Part shown: positions 63,055 through 64,000 of the stretch, piece by piece
How the letters are laid out: each line of letters begins with the position of its first letter
Position numbering within the stretch: position 1 is the first letter of the stretch
Source of the DNA: Octopus bimaculoides
Lineage: Eukaryota
Assembly (NCBI RefSeq): GCF_001194135.2
Contig: NC_068995.1
Location: forward strand, 15,346,916 to 15,410,915
Length of the DNA stretch: 64,000 bases
Direction: 5' to 3'
Translations under genes and position numbers: made by a program
Notes under the pieces: model-generated
The model's database searches: none
The model's input: the letters and a program-made list of their open reading frames with translations, nothing else
What the model was told of the DNA's origin: nothing

Positions 63055-63430
63055 ATTTTTGTTTTTAAATTTTGGTACAAGGCCAGCAAGTGCGGGGGAG
63101 AAGGTAAGTCGATTACATCTACCCCCAGTGCTCGACTGGTACTTAATTTATCAACCCCGAAAGGAGGAAAGGCAATCTCAGCTACAGCTGGATTCGAACG
63201 TATTGTCGGATGAAATAACTTTTCTACTATATCTAGGTACAAGGCTTGAAATATTTTGGGAAGGAGGCTTGTCGATTACATCGACCCCAGTGTTTCACTG
63301 ATACTTAATTTATCGACCCCGAAAGGATAAAATACAAAGCCAGCCTCAGCGGAATTTGAACTCAGAACGTATAGTCTAATGAAATATCGCTAAGTATTTT
63401 GCTCGGCGTGCTAACGATTCTGCCTCCTTT
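63055..63430 (-). mobile_element. Two tandem family-M SINEs
   Basis: Reverse-complement motif matches at 63060-63210 and 63235-63430. Confidence 0.7.
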
Positions 63431-63639
63431 CCTCGTTTGCAAGTCTAATATGGAATCAGGGATGTGATAAGGAGCACTCGATCAAGATGTCACTGAGCAA
63501 GATTGAACACAGGACTTCATAATTTCGGGCAGAATTTCTTAACTTCTCGGCCGTGCCTGCGTTCAGTGCATACGATGTTGCAATCATTTGCATGTTGATA
63601 TGTTTAAAAAGTTCGCTTCGCGACCACGTGTTTCTGGGT

Positions 63640-63990
63640 TCAATCTCACAAACTGGTGACAAATTGCTGACTTTTGTAATAAGCCCTCTAGACTCCATCT
63701 ACGCCTTGTTTACTAACTTTGGTTAGCGGAAATGCAGAGTAAGTAACCCAACGCGTGTACACACACGCGCGCGCGCGAATGTGTGCGTGTGTGTGCGTGT
63801 GCGCATGTGTGTGCGTGTGAGTGTGTGCAGGCGCGTGTGTCTCTAGGTTTTTCAGTTGGTATTTGTCTCTCACCGTTTGAAAACCGGTGTTGATTTGTTT
63901 ACGTTCTCGTAACCAAGCGGTTCAGCTAAAAGATTTCGAAGCGGTGCTCCGGCGTGGCTGTAGTCCTATGATTGAAACAAATAAAAGATA
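63640..63990 (+). mobile_element. Diverged family-O SINE
   Basis: gggttcaatctcac...(GT)n...aaaccggtgttgatttgtttacg...gcggtgctccggcgtggctgtagtc..tgaaacaaataaaaga. Confidence 0.6.
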
Positions 63991-64000
63991 ACACACACAC

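Overview
Eukaryotic, AT- and microsatellite-rich DNA with many N gaps. The SINE families and (TA/CA/GATA/ACAT/AAT/GAT)n content look like an Octopus (coleoid cephalopod) genome; this is recognition only, no search was run. No host protein-coding gene can be supported. Nearly all supplied ORFs are microsatellite, gap or repeat translations, and there are only a few weak exon candidates. The window is intronic or intergenic and packed with decayed mobile elements: R4/Dong-like LINE ends in (AAT)n, a Gypsy remnant, two mariner remnants, a Tigger-like MITE, a non-autonomous Helitron and at least three tRNA-derived SINE families. The main finding is a retrozyme-like ~351-nt tandem repeat at 16.4-17.5 kb. 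Each unit carries a type I hammerhead ribozyme fold with the U3-A8 covariant core at the tip of a 31-39 bp G·U-rich stem, and a partial dispersed copy lies at 11.8-12.1 kb. Four more hammerhead-like motifs sit in Penelope-type ends (13.8, 24.0, 25.2, 56.3 kb). Several long fold-back palindromes are potential dsRNA/ADAR substrates. SINE boundaries are approximate unless a TSD is given.
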